DNA of 64,000 nucleotides from Negativicutes bacterium (lineage in GTDB: Bacteria > Bacillota > Negativicutes > UBA1444): positions 96,001-160,000 of the forward strand of contig CAXXIN010000005.1 of NCBI GenBank assembly GCA_963665275.2, written 5' to 3'. Position numbers and translations under genes: made by a program. The first letter of the stretch is position 1; each line of letters starts with the position of its first letter. Shown piece by piece: positions 27,416 to 37,648 of the stretch. The notes below the pieces were generated by a model. The model had not been told where the DNA came from, did not search any database, and worked only from the letters and a program-made list of their open reading frames with translations.

Positions 27416-28611
27416 GTATGGTGTATGCGACCCGGATGGATTCGTTGCGGGCTTCGGAGATTCGTGAGATCTTAAAAATTACTCAGCGCGAAGAAGTGAT
27501 TTCCTTTGCCGGGGGTCTGCCTGCGCCTGAATTGTTTCCGGTAGAAATGCTGAAAGAGATTTCGGTGCAGGTGCTTGCGGAGTCGGGACGTTCTGCGTTG
27601 CAGTATTCGACTACGGAAGGGTATGAGCCGTTACGGCGGAAAATCGCCGAACGGATCGGACGAAAGTTTCAAACGAAGGTCAGTTCGCAGCAAGTCCTGA
27701 TAACATGCGGATCGCAGCAAGCCTTGGATTTCACAGGTAAACTTTTTCTGGATGCGGGTGATGTCGTTCTTTGCGAAAGCCCGACTTATCTGGCGGCCAT
27801 TAGCGCGTTTCGAGCGTATCAGCCTCGGTTTGTTGAAGTGCCGACTGACGACAACGGGATGATCATGGCGGCTCTGGAGAAAATATTGGCAACAACTGAA
27901 CGAGTCAAATTGATCTATGTCATTCCCGACTTCCAGAATCCCACGGGCCGGACCTGGTCGCTGGAGAGGCGGCAACGACTGGTGGAATTTGCCACTCGAT
28001 ATGAAATTCCGGTGATCGAAGATAACCCCTATGGAGAGCTGCGATTTGAAGGAGAAATTCTGCCCTCTTTGAAGTCGATGGATAGCGCAGGGCTGGTGAT
28101 CGGAACCGGGACTTTTTCCAAGACCTTTTGTCCGGGAATGCGGATCGGCTGGCTGATTGCCGAACCGGACATCATTGAAAAGTATGTGCTTATTAAACAA
28201 GGCGCCGACTTATGCACTTCATTGCGCAGTCAGATGGAAGTGGATATGTTCATGGAGCGTTATGATTTTGAAGCAAACTTGTGCAAGTTGACCGATTTGT
28301 ATCGAAAACGGCGGGACGCTATGGTGGGGGCGTTGGAGGAAATGATGCCGGCAGGGGTAAAGTTTACCCGACCGCAGGGAGGACTGTTTCTCTGGGCTGA
28401 GCTTCCAACGCACATTCCGGCAGTGGAGCTGCTGCGCGAGTGCCTGAAACGGGACGTTGCCTTTGTGCCGGGGGATGCCTTTTTCCCCAATGGTGGAGTG
28501 AAAAACACTTTGCGCCTGAATTACTCCAATATGCCGGAAGATCGGATACGCGAGGGAATTCGGCGGCTGGCCGGGGTGGTACGACAGATTTCTATGCAAT
28601 GCGCCGGATAG
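27412..28611 (+). CDS. PLP-dependent aminotransferase class I/II (LysN-like)
   Basis: Start reassigned to ATG 27412. 'SEIREIL', 'ISFAGGLP', 'FQNPTG', 'TFSK..PG.RIGW'. Confidence 0.9.
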   Translation: MSMVYATRMDSLRASEIREILKITQREEVISFAGGLPAPELFPVEMLKEISVQVLAESGRSALQYSTTEGYEPLRRKIAERIGRKFQTKVSSQQVLITCGSQQALDFTGKLFLDAGDVVLCESPTYLAAISAFRAYQPRFVEVPTDDNGMIMAALEKILATTERVKLIYVIPDFQNPTGRTWSLERRQRLVEFATRYEIPVIEDNPYGELRFEGEILPSLKSMDSAGLVIGTGTFSKTFCPGMRIGWLIAEPDIIEKYVLIKQGADLCTSLRSQMEVDMFMERYDFEANLCKLTDLYRKRRDAMVGALEEMMPAGVKFTRPQGGLFLWAELPTHIPAVELLRECLKRDVAFVPGDAFFPNGGVKNTLRLNYSNMPEDRIREGIRRLAGVVRQISMQCAG

Positions 28612-28641
28612 TGCAGGGGCGTTGTAGATAACGAAAAACAC

Positions 28642-28673
28642 AAAAAAAGCACCGCGATTCAGCGGTGCTTTTT
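28642..28673. terminator. Bidirectional intrinsic terminator
   Basis: AAAAAAAGCACCGC-gattca-GCGGTGCTTTTT. Confidence 0.8.
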
Positions 28674-28688
28674 GCTTGCCGTAGTAGC

Positions 28689-28844
28689 TTAGCAGTAAGT
28701 TGCGACGTATTCTTCCGACAGGGTTTCCAATGTTGCTCGGATCTCACTGATGGCCTGCTCGGACAGTGAATACTGGTGCAGGTCTTCGCTGTGCGCCAGA
28801 GCGGCCAGCTTGCTGATGCGGGCTAAAAGTAAACTTTTTTCCAT
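28689..28844 (-). CDS. Small hypothetical protein (51 aa), absent from the ORF track
   Basis: AAGAGGTG RBS and ATG, MEKSLLLARISKLAALAHSEDLHQYSLSEQAISEIRATLETLSEEYVATYC*, with a terminator right after. Confidence 0.7.
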   Translation of the reverse strand: MEKSLLLARISKLAALAHSEDLHQYSLSEQAISEIRATLETLSEEYVATYC

Positions 28845-29233
28845 TGTTAATACACCTCTTGATAATTATTATTGAATGAATGACTTCATTATAATAACAG
28901 GAGGGAATAACAATAGCCAGCGAAAAACAAATAGACGCAATAGAAAGTTTGTTTGGTGTTTTGTGACAATATTACGAAAAGACGCAATGACTCGCCTGGG
29001 TTGAAATGGAGTTACAGTTTGTCCGCCCAAAGTGCCAAGTTAGGTTGTTCTGCACGAAGAAATCAGCGTCATTGCCTATACAGGTATAGCTAGTGAGGAA
29101 AAGAGAGGGCGGATTTTACACCCGAAATGGTATCGTTAACTGGCTGACTGTATTAAAATAGGCAACAGAGCCGGTTGTGCCCGAACTTGGTTCACACGCG
29201 ACAATATGATTTTGGGAACAGAAAGGTGATATT

Positions 29234-30553
29234 TTGGCTGCAGCATTTGTATTTGTCCTGTTTTTTGCATCATTGTTGGTTAGTCTCTATAATGGAATTT
29301 CTATACTATATCCTTTAATGCTGGGTTTGGCCTGTTTTATTTTGCTGTCCTGGCATCGAGGCTATCCATTGGCGGCATTGGGAGGAATGTTGCTGGCCGG
29401 CTCCAAACAATCTCTCATCGTGATACGGATTTTTGTTCTGATCGGTGCGATTACTGCTGTTTGGCGAGCCTGCGGCACCATTCCCTTTATTGTTTATCAC
29501 GGCATTGCCCTGATGAATGCGCAGTATTTTATCCTGGCGGCATTTCTCCTGAGTGCTATGGTATCGTTTCTGCTTGGCACGTCCTTCGGCACGGTGGGGA
29601 CGATGGGTGTTGTTCTGATGGTTCTGGCGAAAAGCGGTAATGTCGACGTTGACGTGACCGCTGGCGCCATTATTGCCGGCGCTTATTTTGGCGACAGGTG
29701 CTCGCCCATGTCCTCCAGCGCAACGCTGGTCGCCGCGCTGACGCGAACCCAGCTCTACCTCAATTTGGGGAATATGCTGAAAACGTCGGTTCTGCCTTTT
29801 TTGTTGTCCTGCTTCGGCTACGTTTTCTTTTCCTTGAAAAACCCGTTGTTTGTTGGTGATAACCCGATCTTATCATCGATACCGCAGGCCTTTGACATCA
29901 GCCTGATCGTGCTGTTGCCGGCAGTTCTTATCCTGCTATTGGCCGCTGCAAAGATCGATGTAAAAGTATCCATGGGCCTGAGCATTCTGACAGGGATCGC
30001 TATCGCATTGCAGGTACAACATGTAAATGTGTCAGACCTGCTGCAGTACATTGCGACCGGATATCGGCTGGAACAGCCCGGTCTGTTGGCGAACGTTATC
30101 CAGGGCGGTGGATTATATTCAATGCTGCAGGTGTCTCTGATCGTATTGATTTCTTCCGCCTATTCAGGCCTTTTCGCCGGTACGGGTTTATTGCAGGACA
30201 TTGAGCAGAATTGCGAACGCATCAGCCGAAAAATCGGCGTTTACGCCGGAACTGTGGTGACAAGCATCGCTACCGCCGCTTTCAGTTGCAACCAGACATT
30301 GGCCGTGATGCTGACACATCAACTCACTTATAAAACCTATGAGAAAATGAAGTTGAGCAATTACCGCCTGGCGCTTGATCTGGAAAATACCGTTATTATA
30401 ATCGCAGCGCTGATTCCCTGGAATATCGCCGGCGCCGTTCCTGCTGCCGCATTGTCTGCAGACATAGGCTTCATTCCATATGCCTTATATCTGTTTCTTG
30501 TCCCCCTAACCAACTTTTTTACCAGAAACGCGCCGATCAAGACCCCGGACTGA
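29234..30553 (+). CDS. NhaC family Na+/H+ antiporter-like transporter
   Basis: 'GTSFGT', 'GAYFGDRCSPMS', 'LIPWN'. Confidence 0.88.
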   Translation: MAAAFVFVLFFASLLVSLYNGISILYPLMLGLACFILLSWHRGYPLAALGGMLLAGSKQSLIVIRIFVLIGAITAVWRACGTIPFIVYHGIALMNAQYFILAAFLLSAMVSFLLGTSFGTVGTMGVVLMVLAKSGNVDVDVTAGAIIAGAYFGDRCSPMSSSATLVAALTRTQLYLNLGNMLKTSVLPFLLSCFGYVFFSLKNPLFVGDNPILSSIPQAFDISLIVLLPAVLILLLAAAKIDVKVSMGLSILTGIAIALQVQHVNVSDLLQYIATGYRLEQPGLLANVIQGGGLYSMLQVSLIVLISSAYSGLFAGTGLLQDIEQNCERISRKIGVYAGTVVTSIATAAFSCNQTLAVMLTHQLTYKTYEKMKLSNYRLALDLENTVIIIAALIPWNIAGAVPAAALSADIGFIPYALYLFLVPLTNFFTRNAPIKTPD

Positions 30554-30774
30554 GGCAGAGTTTTAAACGATATAGTTAAATGCCTGATCCAAGTAAAACC
30601 AACGCGATTTTGCGGTGAGGTTACTTGGGTTTTCAGTTTGAAGAAAAGTATACATTTGCAAAGAGGGGGTACAACGGTAGACAACAGAAACGGTTTGGCA
30701 TAGAATAATTACGAAGATTGTATTATCTGCCAGGTTGTTATTTGCAGAACAGAAAAAATGTAGGAGGTTTGCCC

Positions 30775-31824
30775 ATGAAACGCTTCAAACAATCCGGAAT
30801 CATGACTCTCGCATTGTCCAGCCTGCTCATTCTCGCTTTGGTGATTGCCGGCTGCGGTGGCGGCAGTAAACCTGCTGAACCGGCCAAAGCGGCAGCTCCA
30901 GTGAAGTGGGTCGCTAACTCGGTGTGGCCGCCTAACAACCACCACAGCGTAGGTTTGACAGACTTCGCCAAAAGAGCGAAAGAGGCAACCGGCGGCAAAG
31001 TGGACATTACGGTTCAAACCGGCGGCGCCTTGGGTTACAAGGGACCGGAATTGTTGAAAGTCGTTCGTGACGGGCTCGTTCCCGTATCTGACATGTTGGC
31101 AAGCGGAGTCGCCGGTGATGAGCCGCTCTTTGATATTGTTACCCTGCCGTTCCTGATTCAAAGCTTTGATGAAGGAAAAATTCTCAATGATATAGCCCGG
31201 CCGCATTTCGACAAAGTGGCGGAACAGAAGTGGGGACAAAAGATTCTTTACATTGCCCCGTGGCCGGCAGCCGGCATCTGGACCAAGAAGGAAGTCAAAT
31301 CCGCAGCTGACATGAAAGGCCTCAAGACCCGCACCTATGACAAAAACGGTGCGCTTGTGATGCAGGCTGTCGGCGGAACTCCTTATCCGCTGCCGTTCAG
31401 CGAAGTTTACTCGTCACTTGCAACCAATCTGATCGACTCCGTTCTGACCTCGACGCCGACGGCCGTCGATGCGAAGTTCTGGGAAGTTCTGAAGTTCTAT
31501 GCACCGATCAATATCACCATGGCAACCGACCTCGTAACCGTCAACCTCAAGGAATTCAACAAGCTTGACAAAGCAACCCAGGATGCGTTGATTAAGCTGG
31601 GCAAAGATATGGAAGCCGAAATGTGGAAAAAGGTCGCCCAACTGGATAAAGATCAGGAAGCGATCAGCAACAAGGGCGGCATTGTTACGGTTCCTCCCAG
31701 CAAAGAGTTCTTGAACGAGCTGTCCGGCGTCACCAAAGGGATCCGTGAAGAGTGGCTGAAAAAAGCTCCGCCGGAAGCTAAAACGATCGTTGATGCGTTC
31801 AATGCCAAAGTGGGTCGAAAATAA
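30775..31824 (+). CDS. dctP: TRAP transporter substrate-binding lipoprotein
   Basis: ATG after AGGAGG, lipobox 'IAGC', 'KGLKTR', 'EVYSSL'. Confidence 0.88.
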   Translation: MKRFKQSGIMTLALSSLLILALVIAGCGGGSKPAEPAKAAAPVKWVANSVWPPNNHHSVGLTDFAKRAKEATGGKVDITVQTGGALGYKGPELLKVVRDGLVPVSDMLASGVAGDEPLFDIVTLPFLIQSFDEGKILNDIARPHFDKVAEQKWGQKILYIAPWPAAGIWTKKEVKSAADMKGLKTRTYDKNGALVMQAVGGTPYPLPFSEVYSSLATNLIDSVLTSTPTAVDAKFWEVLKFYAPINITMATDLVTVNLKEFNKLDKATQDALIKLGKDMEAEMWKKVAQLDKDQEAISNKGGIVTVPPSKEFLNELSGVTKGIREEWLKKAPPEAKTIVDAFNAKVGRK

Positions 31825-31835
31825 CAACTTGAACC

Positions 31836-31879
31836 AGAGGAGGCCGATGGGAGTTGTCTCGTCGGCTCCTCTTTTTTTT
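31836..31879 (+). terminator. Intercistronic hairpin/terminator after dctP
   Basis: AGAGGAGGCCGA...TCGGCTCCTCT followed by a T-run. Confidence 0.65.
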
Positions 31880-31895
31880 AATGGGAGGGAGATAG

Positions 31896-32429
31896 ATGGA
31901 GGTTTTCGTTCGACTTTGTGACCGCCTATCGGTTGCCTGCGGCGTGGCGTCGGGATTTCTCATGGTTGTGTCCACAGTGCTGGTGCTGGTGGAGATCGTC
32001 ATTCGCACTGCTTTTTCCAAGACCTTGTATATTACGGAGGAGTATTCCGGTTATCTGATGGCGGCCATGACGTTCCTGGCGCTGGCTTACACGTTGAAGG
32101 AGAAGAGTCATATCCGTATGACATTCCTGCATACGATCGCCAAAGGAAAAGCCAAAGTCTGGGTGGACCTGTTTGCCTTCAGTGTCGGCTTCGCATTTTG
32201 CGCCATGTTGACGTACACTTGCGCGGATTATTTCTGGGACTCCGTAATTACAAATAGCCGTTCCATGCAGATATCACAGACCTATGTAGCGATACCGCAG
32301 TTTTTCATGCCGTTTGGCACGCTGGTGATGACACTGCAGTTCGCGGCGGAAGTGATCCGTTCCATTTTACTGCTCCGGTCCGGTCACGTGGGTGACGTGG
32401 AAGCCGAGTCTACGCTGCTGGGTCGATAA
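31896..32429 (+). CDS. dctQ: TRAP small permease
   Basis: 4 TM segments, 'EE..GYL', 'HIR'. Confidence 0.88.
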   Translation: MEVFVRLCDRLSVACGVASGFLMVVSTVLVLVEIVIRTAFSKTLYITEEYSGYLMAAMTFLALAYTLKEKSHIRMTFLHTIAKGKAKVWVDLFAFSVGFAFCAMLTYTCADYFWDSVITNSRSMQISQTYVAIPQFFMPFGTLVMTLQFAAEVIRSILLLRSGHVGDVEAESTLLGR

Positions 32430-32441
32430 GGAGGAGAATTC

Positions 32442-33743
32442 ATGGACTTATTTACCGTTTCCTTTACCTTGTTGGCCTGCCTCGCCGCTTTTCTACTGAG
32501 CACCGTGTGGATCGGCATTTCTCTGTTTCTGGTCGGCATGGTGGGATTTGTCGTATTTACCGGCAGTCCCGCGACAGCTATTCTTTCCAACATCGTCTGG
32601 AACAGTACGAGCGGATCGACAATGCTGGCTTTGCCGCTGTTCGTCCTAATGGGTGAAATCCTGTTTCGTAGTAAAATCTCGGAGAATCTGTTCAACGGGT
32701 TATCGCCGTGGATGGATCGCCTGCCGGGTCGCCTCGTGCATGTGAATATTGTTGCCTGTACACTGTTCGCCGCAGTCAGCGGATCCTCCGCGGCTACTAC
32801 AGCTACGGTCGGTAAAATCACATTGCCTCAATTGTTGCGGCGCAACTATGACCGGTCCCTGGTTCTGGGATCGTTGGCCGGTGCTGGAACGCTCGGAATT
32901 ATGATTCCGCCGAGCATGATGATGCTTGTTTATGGAATATTGGCTGATGTCAGTATCGGTAAACTGTTCATCGCGGGAGTGATCCCCGGATTGCTCCTGG
33001 CGGCCGGATTCAGTGGCTTTGTCATGTTGCGGTGCATCCTTAACCCCAAATTGGCGCCGCCAAGCGACTTGACCTATACCTGGCGCGATCGCTGGAATAC
33101 GATTCCCCAGCTGCTGCCGGTCATCTCTCTGATTGTGATGGTTTTGGGCAGTATTTACCTGGGCTGGGCCACACCTACCGAGGCGGCCGCCGTCGGCGTG
33201 CTTGGTTCGGTATTCTTTGCCTGGATCACGAAAAGTCTGGATGTAAAGGTGCTGGCAGAAGCATTGATGGGCTCGGTCAAAACCAGCTGCATGATCATGT
33301 GGATCGTTTGCGGCGCGTCATTTTTGTCGGTTGCCGTTGGCTATCTCGGGATTCCCAACAACCTGACGCTCTACATCGGAACGCTGGGCCTGTCCAAGTA
33401 TATGCTGATCGTGATTCTGTCGATTATGTATATTATTCTCGGATGTCTGCTGGATGGTTTCTCCATGATCGTTATGAGTCTGCCGATCGCTTTGCCGCTA
33501 ATCAAGGCGGCTGGGTTCGATCCCATCTGGTTCGGGATCTACCTGGTTGTCATGATCGAGGTGGCGCAGATTACTCCGCCGGTTGGCTTCAATCTGTTCG
33601 TCATCAACGGCTTGACCCATGATAGCCTGTTTAAAATTGCCAAATATGCGTTGCCATCCTTCATTATCATGATGACGTTCACCGCGCTTATCACCATCTA
33701 TCCAGAGCTTGTTCTGGCATTGCCCCGCCTGATGATCAAGTGA
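32442..33743 (+). CDS. dctM: TRAP large permease
   Basis: 'LPLFVLMG', 'SGSSAAT', 'IPPS', 'TPTEAA', 'TPPVG'. Confidence 0.92.
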   Translation: MDLFTVSFTLLACLAAFLLSTVWIGISLFLVGMVGFVVFTGSPATAILSNIVWNSTSGSTMLALPLFVLMGEILFRSKISENLFNGLSPWMDRLPGRLVHVNIVACTLFAAVSGSSAATTATVGKITLPQLLRRNYDRSLVLGSLAGAGTLGIMIPPSMMMLVYGILADVSIGKLFIAGVIPGLLLAAGFSGFVMLRCILNPKLAPPSDLTYTWRDRWNTIPQLLPVISLIVMVLGSIYLGWATPTEAAAVGVLGSVFFAWITKSLDVKVLAEALMGSVKTSCMIMWIVCGASFLSVAVGYLGIPNNLTLYIGTLGLSKYMLIVILSIMYIILGCLLDGFSMIVMSLPIALPLIKAAGFDPIWFGIYLVVMIEVAQITPPVGFNLFVINGLTHDSLFKIAKYALPSFIIMMTFTALITIYPELVLALPRLMIK

Positions 33744-33872
33744 GGCTGGGCTGAAACCTTCGTATATATTACGAAAGAAAAGTCTGTTTCTCGGTATCGG
33801 AGAAGCAGGCTTTTCTTCAATATGCGGCGTATTGTTTTTAGGGAAATGCTTTATTGCGAAAGGAAAGTTTAT

Positions 33873-34205
33873 ATGAATATCCAGATATTCGGCACGAAAA
33901 AATGCCGGGATACTCAGAAGACCGAACGGTATTTCAAGGAACGTCGGATTCCCTACCATTTAATCGACCTCAACGAAAGGGGTCTCTCCAAGGGAGAATT
34001 CGAAAAAGTGAAGGCGGCTGCCGGGGTCGAGCGTCTGCTGAACCGGGAGAGCAAAGAATATGCTAAGCTCAACATGCAATACATCGTTCATAATCGGGAA
34101 GAAATGATGATTTTGCATCCGATGTTGCTCCGAACTCCGATCGTACGCAACGGACCCAAGGCGACAGTGGGGTATTGCCCCGAAATCTGGCAGGCGTGGG
34201 ATTGA
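33873..34205 (+). CDS. ArsC/Spx family protein
   Basis: 'IQIFGTKKC', 'P.LLRTPIVR'. Confidence 0.8.
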   Translation: MNIQIFGTKKCRDTQKTERYFKERRIPYHLIDLNERGLSKGEFEKVKAAAGVERLLNRESKEYAKLNMQYIVHNREEMMILHPMLLRTPIVRNGPKATVGYCPEIWQAWD

Positions 34206-34459
34206 TGGGGCCTTGCATTTACATAGTGGAGTGTGCGGATGGAAGCTATTATACCGGCTGGACCAACGATTTGGAAAACAGGCTGGCGGCCCATAACGCC
34301 GGAACTGGCGCCCGCTACACTCGTGGAAGGGGACCGGTCCGGCTGGTTTACAAGGAAGAGTGTGAAGACAAACAGTCTGCGCAACGGCGCGAGTGGGCGA
34401 TAAAAAAACTGACCCGCGCTCAGAAAGAGCAGCTGGTCAGCAGTATTAAGGCAGAATAG
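34205..34459 (+). CDS. GIY-YIG nuclease family protein (UPF0213/YazA-like)
   Basis: 'YIVECADGSYYTGWTNDLENRL..HN.G.GARYT'. Confidence 0.9.
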   Translation: MGPCIYIVECADGSYYTGWTNDLENRLAAHNAGTGARYTRGRGPVRLVYKEECEDKQSAQRREWAIKKLTRAQKEQLVSSIKAE

Positions 34460-34499
34460 TCTGAGGCGCAGAATGCTTGGAATCGGCAAGGCAGGGGGT

Positions 34500-35636
34500 T
34501 TATTGCGGGTTATTATCCGGCGCAGCATTAAAAACAATCTGGTTACGCCCCTGCAGCTTGGCCTGGTACAGGGCTTTGTCGGCCGTGCTGATCGCTCTGG
34601 TCGGGTTGATGTCGTTGGTGGGAGAGATGGAAGTGTAGCCGATACTGACTGTGATTGTTGCCGCAGCTGAGGCAAAACCATGACTCATGGATTGCGCCAT
34701 TACGGATTGACGCATAGCCTCCAGCACTTTTATGGCTCCATCCGAATCGGTATTCGGTAAAATGACGACAAATTCTTCGCCGCCATAGCGTGCGCAAAAA
34801 TCCGCCGGACGTCGCAGTGCATTATTGATGGTAGCGGCGATGGCCTGCAGGCATTCATCGCCGGCAGTGTGCCCGTAATGGTCATTGTAGTGTTTGAAGA
34901 AGTCGAGGTCGAGCATTGCGATCGATAAGGTTGTCTGTTCGCGTCGGGCCCGGCTCCACTCACGGCAGAGGACTTCGTCACAAGTCCGGCGGTTGGGAAT
35001 CTGGGTCAAGTAATCAATGGAAGCCAGTCGTTTCAGTTCATCCAGTACAGCATCGTGCTGAAGGCAGGAATAGGCTTGACAAAGGCGGCTGATGGATGAC
35101 GGGGTGGCAATTCGCGGCGGACTGACTAATACAGTGGTATCTTTGGTGAGATAGGGACCGAATTTTTTGTATAAATCCTTGCCGGGACCGATATATGAAC
35201 TGCCGCCGGTGATGAAAGTTGCTGCCGCGATTTTTTTGGCAATAGATGCCGGCTCCATTTCATCGTAGGCGACAACGTCATAATCAAGATGCATCAAATC
35301 GTACTTCCGCAAATGCTCCATCAAAACACGCGTTCCGGCGATACTATTATTGATGACTAACACTGGCGTTCCGGCGGGAATCTTGCTGAGCGCGAGGAAA
35401 TATTCGACAGGCGGCACAAACTCAAGCGCAACGACCTTTTCACAACCGAAGGCTTCTTCCATCTGCTCTTTTCGGTTGACCAGACAGACATATAAATCCG
35501 CATCAGTCAGATGGCGAAAACTATCAATGGTGGCAGTTTCGATTTCGATACCGCCAGCAAGACTTTCCACCACGACGTTTTTGATTTCTTCTATATTAGC
35601 AGGATTAGCGCCGATCACGGCAATTTTTATCGACAA
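34500..35636 (-). CDS. Diguanylate cyclase with uncharacterised N-terminal domain
   Basis: 'DLDFFKHYND.YGH..GD', RxxD I-site, GGEEF. Confidence 0.9.
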   Translation of the reverse strand: MSIKIAVIGANPANIEEIKNVVVESLAGGIEIETATIDSFRHLTDADLYVCLVNRKEQMEEAFGCEKVVALEFVPPVEYFLALSKIPAGTPVLVINNSIAGTRVLMEHLRKYDLMHLDYDVVAYDEMEPASIAKKIAAATFITGGSSYIGPGKDLYKKFGPYLTKDTTVLVSPPRIATPSSISRLCQAYSCLQHDAVLDELKRLASIDYLTQIPNRRTCDEVLCREWSRARREQTTLSIAMLDLDFFKHYNDHYGHTAGDECLQAIAATINNALRRPADFCARYGGEEFVVILPNTDSDGAIKVLEAMRQSVMAQSMSHGFASAAATITVSIGYTSISPTNDINPTRAISTADKALYQAKLQGRNQIVFNAAPDNNPQ

Positions 35637-35705
35637 AATGTCGCCTCCCCAGTCAGCAGATGGAGAACCTTTAAACTAATTTGACAGAAAATTCAATACT
35701 CCTGC

Positions 35706-36248
35706 TTACCGCTTCAAAGCTTTTTGTAATCTGGGCGCCAGGAAGAGGGCAACAATCAACCCGACAGAGGAGGTAAGGAGAGAGGCCGGCATATTAGAGA
35801 AAGCCACGGCAAGACTGCCGGTTACCTGCCACCAGGCGATGATATAGCCGCCCAGTGTCCAGGTCGCTGCTGCCAGACACCCGAGTGTTGCACGGAGAAT
35901 CCACCGCCCACGGGCTACAGGGGACTCTGCTTGGATATGCGGCCATAATCCGTGGGCAATTACGCCGGCGAGGAGGCCGGCGATGCCCTTGATGAGAAAC
36001 GACCAAGGCGTATAAGGGGAAAAACCCATCAATAAATCGAAAAATGCGGACCCGATGGCTGCCGATAACCCGGCATATACACCGCCGAAGATAATGGCTA
36101 CCGTGAACATGAAAGCGCTTCCGAGGTGCACCATGGCGCCGACGCCGAGAGGAATCTTGATGGATGTGGCGATCGCGCACATTCCGGCCAGCACGCCAAT
36201 GGTTACCGTATCTTTGAGTTCAAGCTTGCGTTTTTTCGTCATGAACAT
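35706..36248 (-). CDS. ECF transporter S component (probably vitamin B6, PdxU-like)
   Basis: 'IP...G..HLG', 'G..FFDLL...PWSFLIKG'. Coupled to pdxK. Confidence 0.8.
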   Translation of the reverse strand: MFMTKKRKLELKDTVTIGVLAGMCAIATSIKIPLGVGAMVHLGSAFMFTVAIIFGGVYAGLSAAIGSAFFDLLMGFSPYTPWSFLIKGIAGLLAGVIAHGLWPHIQAESPVARGRWILRATLGCLAAATWTLGGYIIAWWQVTGSLAVAFSNMPASLLTSSVGLIVALFLAPRLQKALKR

Positions 36249-37095
36249 ACCCTCCACTACAGAGCTGAGATAGCCGATTTTCCAGGAGAATTCCTTCACG
36301 GGCAGGAGTCCCGGCCGTGAAGGTGTCACGGACGGCGGCGGAAACAAAGTTGCCGGCACGGCTAATGGCCATTGGCAAAGGCGCTCCCCACAATAGTTCG
36401 CCTAGCAGGACGCTGGCGAAAATATCTCCGGTTCCGGGGTATTTCGCGGGAATCAGAACGCTGGTGAATTGCCAAAATTGGTTCAGGTTGCGGTCGTAAC
36501 CAAGATTGACCACTTTGCTGCCGGGAAGCGGGACGCCTGTGACAACAACACGGGGCGGTCCCATTTCGGATAAACGGACAAGCCAGGATTGTAGGGCACC
36601 TGCATCTGGAACGATCGATTGCCAGGTTTCGCCAAGCAAAAAGCAGGCTTCGGTGTAATTGGGGGTGATGACGTCTGCTTTTTGGACCAAGGCCTTGATT
36701 TTTTCTTTCATGGTATTTGTGAAGAAAGAATAAAGCTTGCCGTCATCGCCCATAACGGGGTCGACGAGAACCAAAGGCCGCCGGGAGGAAAAATCTTCAA
36801 TAAAGCGGGAAACGATACCGATCTGTTCTTCAGAAGCAAGGAACCCGCTATATATGCAGTCGAACCCGATACCCTCGCGCTGCCAATGCGCCGAAAAATC
36901 AGGAATGTGGCTGGTGAAATCGCAGATCGAGACGTCCGTGAAACCACCGGGGTGGGTACTGAGAATGGCGGTGGGAAGAGGACAGACCTGGATTCCCATG
37001 CAGGACAGAACAGGCAAAATGACCGTCAGGGAACAGCGGCCGACGCAGGAGAGGTCATGCACGGCAGCGACTTTCTTTATCTGGGCGGGAATCAT
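36220..37095 (-). CDS. pdxK: Pyridoxal/pyridoxamine kinase
   Basis: 'HDLSCVGRCSL', 'YSGFL', 'VDPVMGD', 'TPN.TEA', 'GTGD.F'. Confidence 0.9.
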   Translation of the reverse strand: MIPAQIKKVAAVHDLSCVGRCSLTVILPVLSCMGIQVCPLPTAILSTHPGGFTDVSICDFTSHIPDFSAHWQREGIGFDCIYSGFLASEEQIGIVSRFIEDFSSRRPLVLVDPVMGDDGKLYSFFTNTMKEKIKALVQKADVITPNYTEACFLLGETWQSIVPDAGALQSWLVRLSEMGPPRVVVTGVPLPGSKVVNLGYDRNLNQFWQFTSVLIPAKYPGTGDIFASVLLGELLWGAPLPMAISRAGNFVSAAVRDTFTAGTPAREGILLENRLSQLCSGGYVHDEKTQA

Positions 37096-37235
37096 GGATA
37101 GCCTCCATTCTTTCGTGACACAGCACAATCCATTTGCTTTCGCAATATGCGCGAAGGGGGTAGGGATTTCGTCGTCTGAATTCGAATACTGTAATTATAC
37201 CTCTATAACTATTAAATATGAAAGCAGGGATGAGA

Positions 37236-37556
37236 ATGTTTGTCAAAGATTCCGCCAAAACTTTACTGTCTGTTGTGCCGGGGGTGCAACGGAAAACTCT
37301 CGCCGTGGGTGAGCATTCCCTCATGACGAAATTTGTACTGGAAGCCGGTTCGGAATTGCCAATGCACAAACACCCCCACGAACAAGTCGGTTTCCTGGTG
37401 TCCGGGCGTCTCGTCCTCACGATCGGCGACGAATCCTGTGAAATGGAACCGGGCGACAGCTGGGCGGTCCCTGGCGACGTCGAACACTGTGCGAAAGTCA
37501 TTGAACGCGCTGAGGCGATTGAAGTGTTTTATCCGGTGCGGCAGGATTATTTATAA
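37236..37556 (+). CDS. Cupin domain protein
   Basis: 'HKHPHEQ' and 'PG.VEH' cupin motifs. Confidence 0.88.
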   Translation: MFVKDSAKTLLSVVPGVQRKTLAVGEHSLMTKFVLEAGSELPMHKHPHEQVGFLVSGRLVLTIGDESCEMEPGDSWAVPGDVEHCAKVIERAEAIEVFYPVRQDYL

Positions 37557-37648
37557 GATTATTTTTGACTGCGCGGCTCTCCTTGCGATAGAATAGAAAA
37601 GATTACGACATACTCTATTTTTATTTCGGGGAGAGAAGATAACAAGAC

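Noticed and set aside
30696-30712. TGGCA possible sigma54 site upstream of dctP
   Set aside because: There is no TGC at the required -12 spacing.
34480-34515. GGDEF gene ending ...NNPQ*, faintly like the start of the 57-bp repeat
   Set aside because: Similarity is limited to about 8 nt and is consistent with chance.
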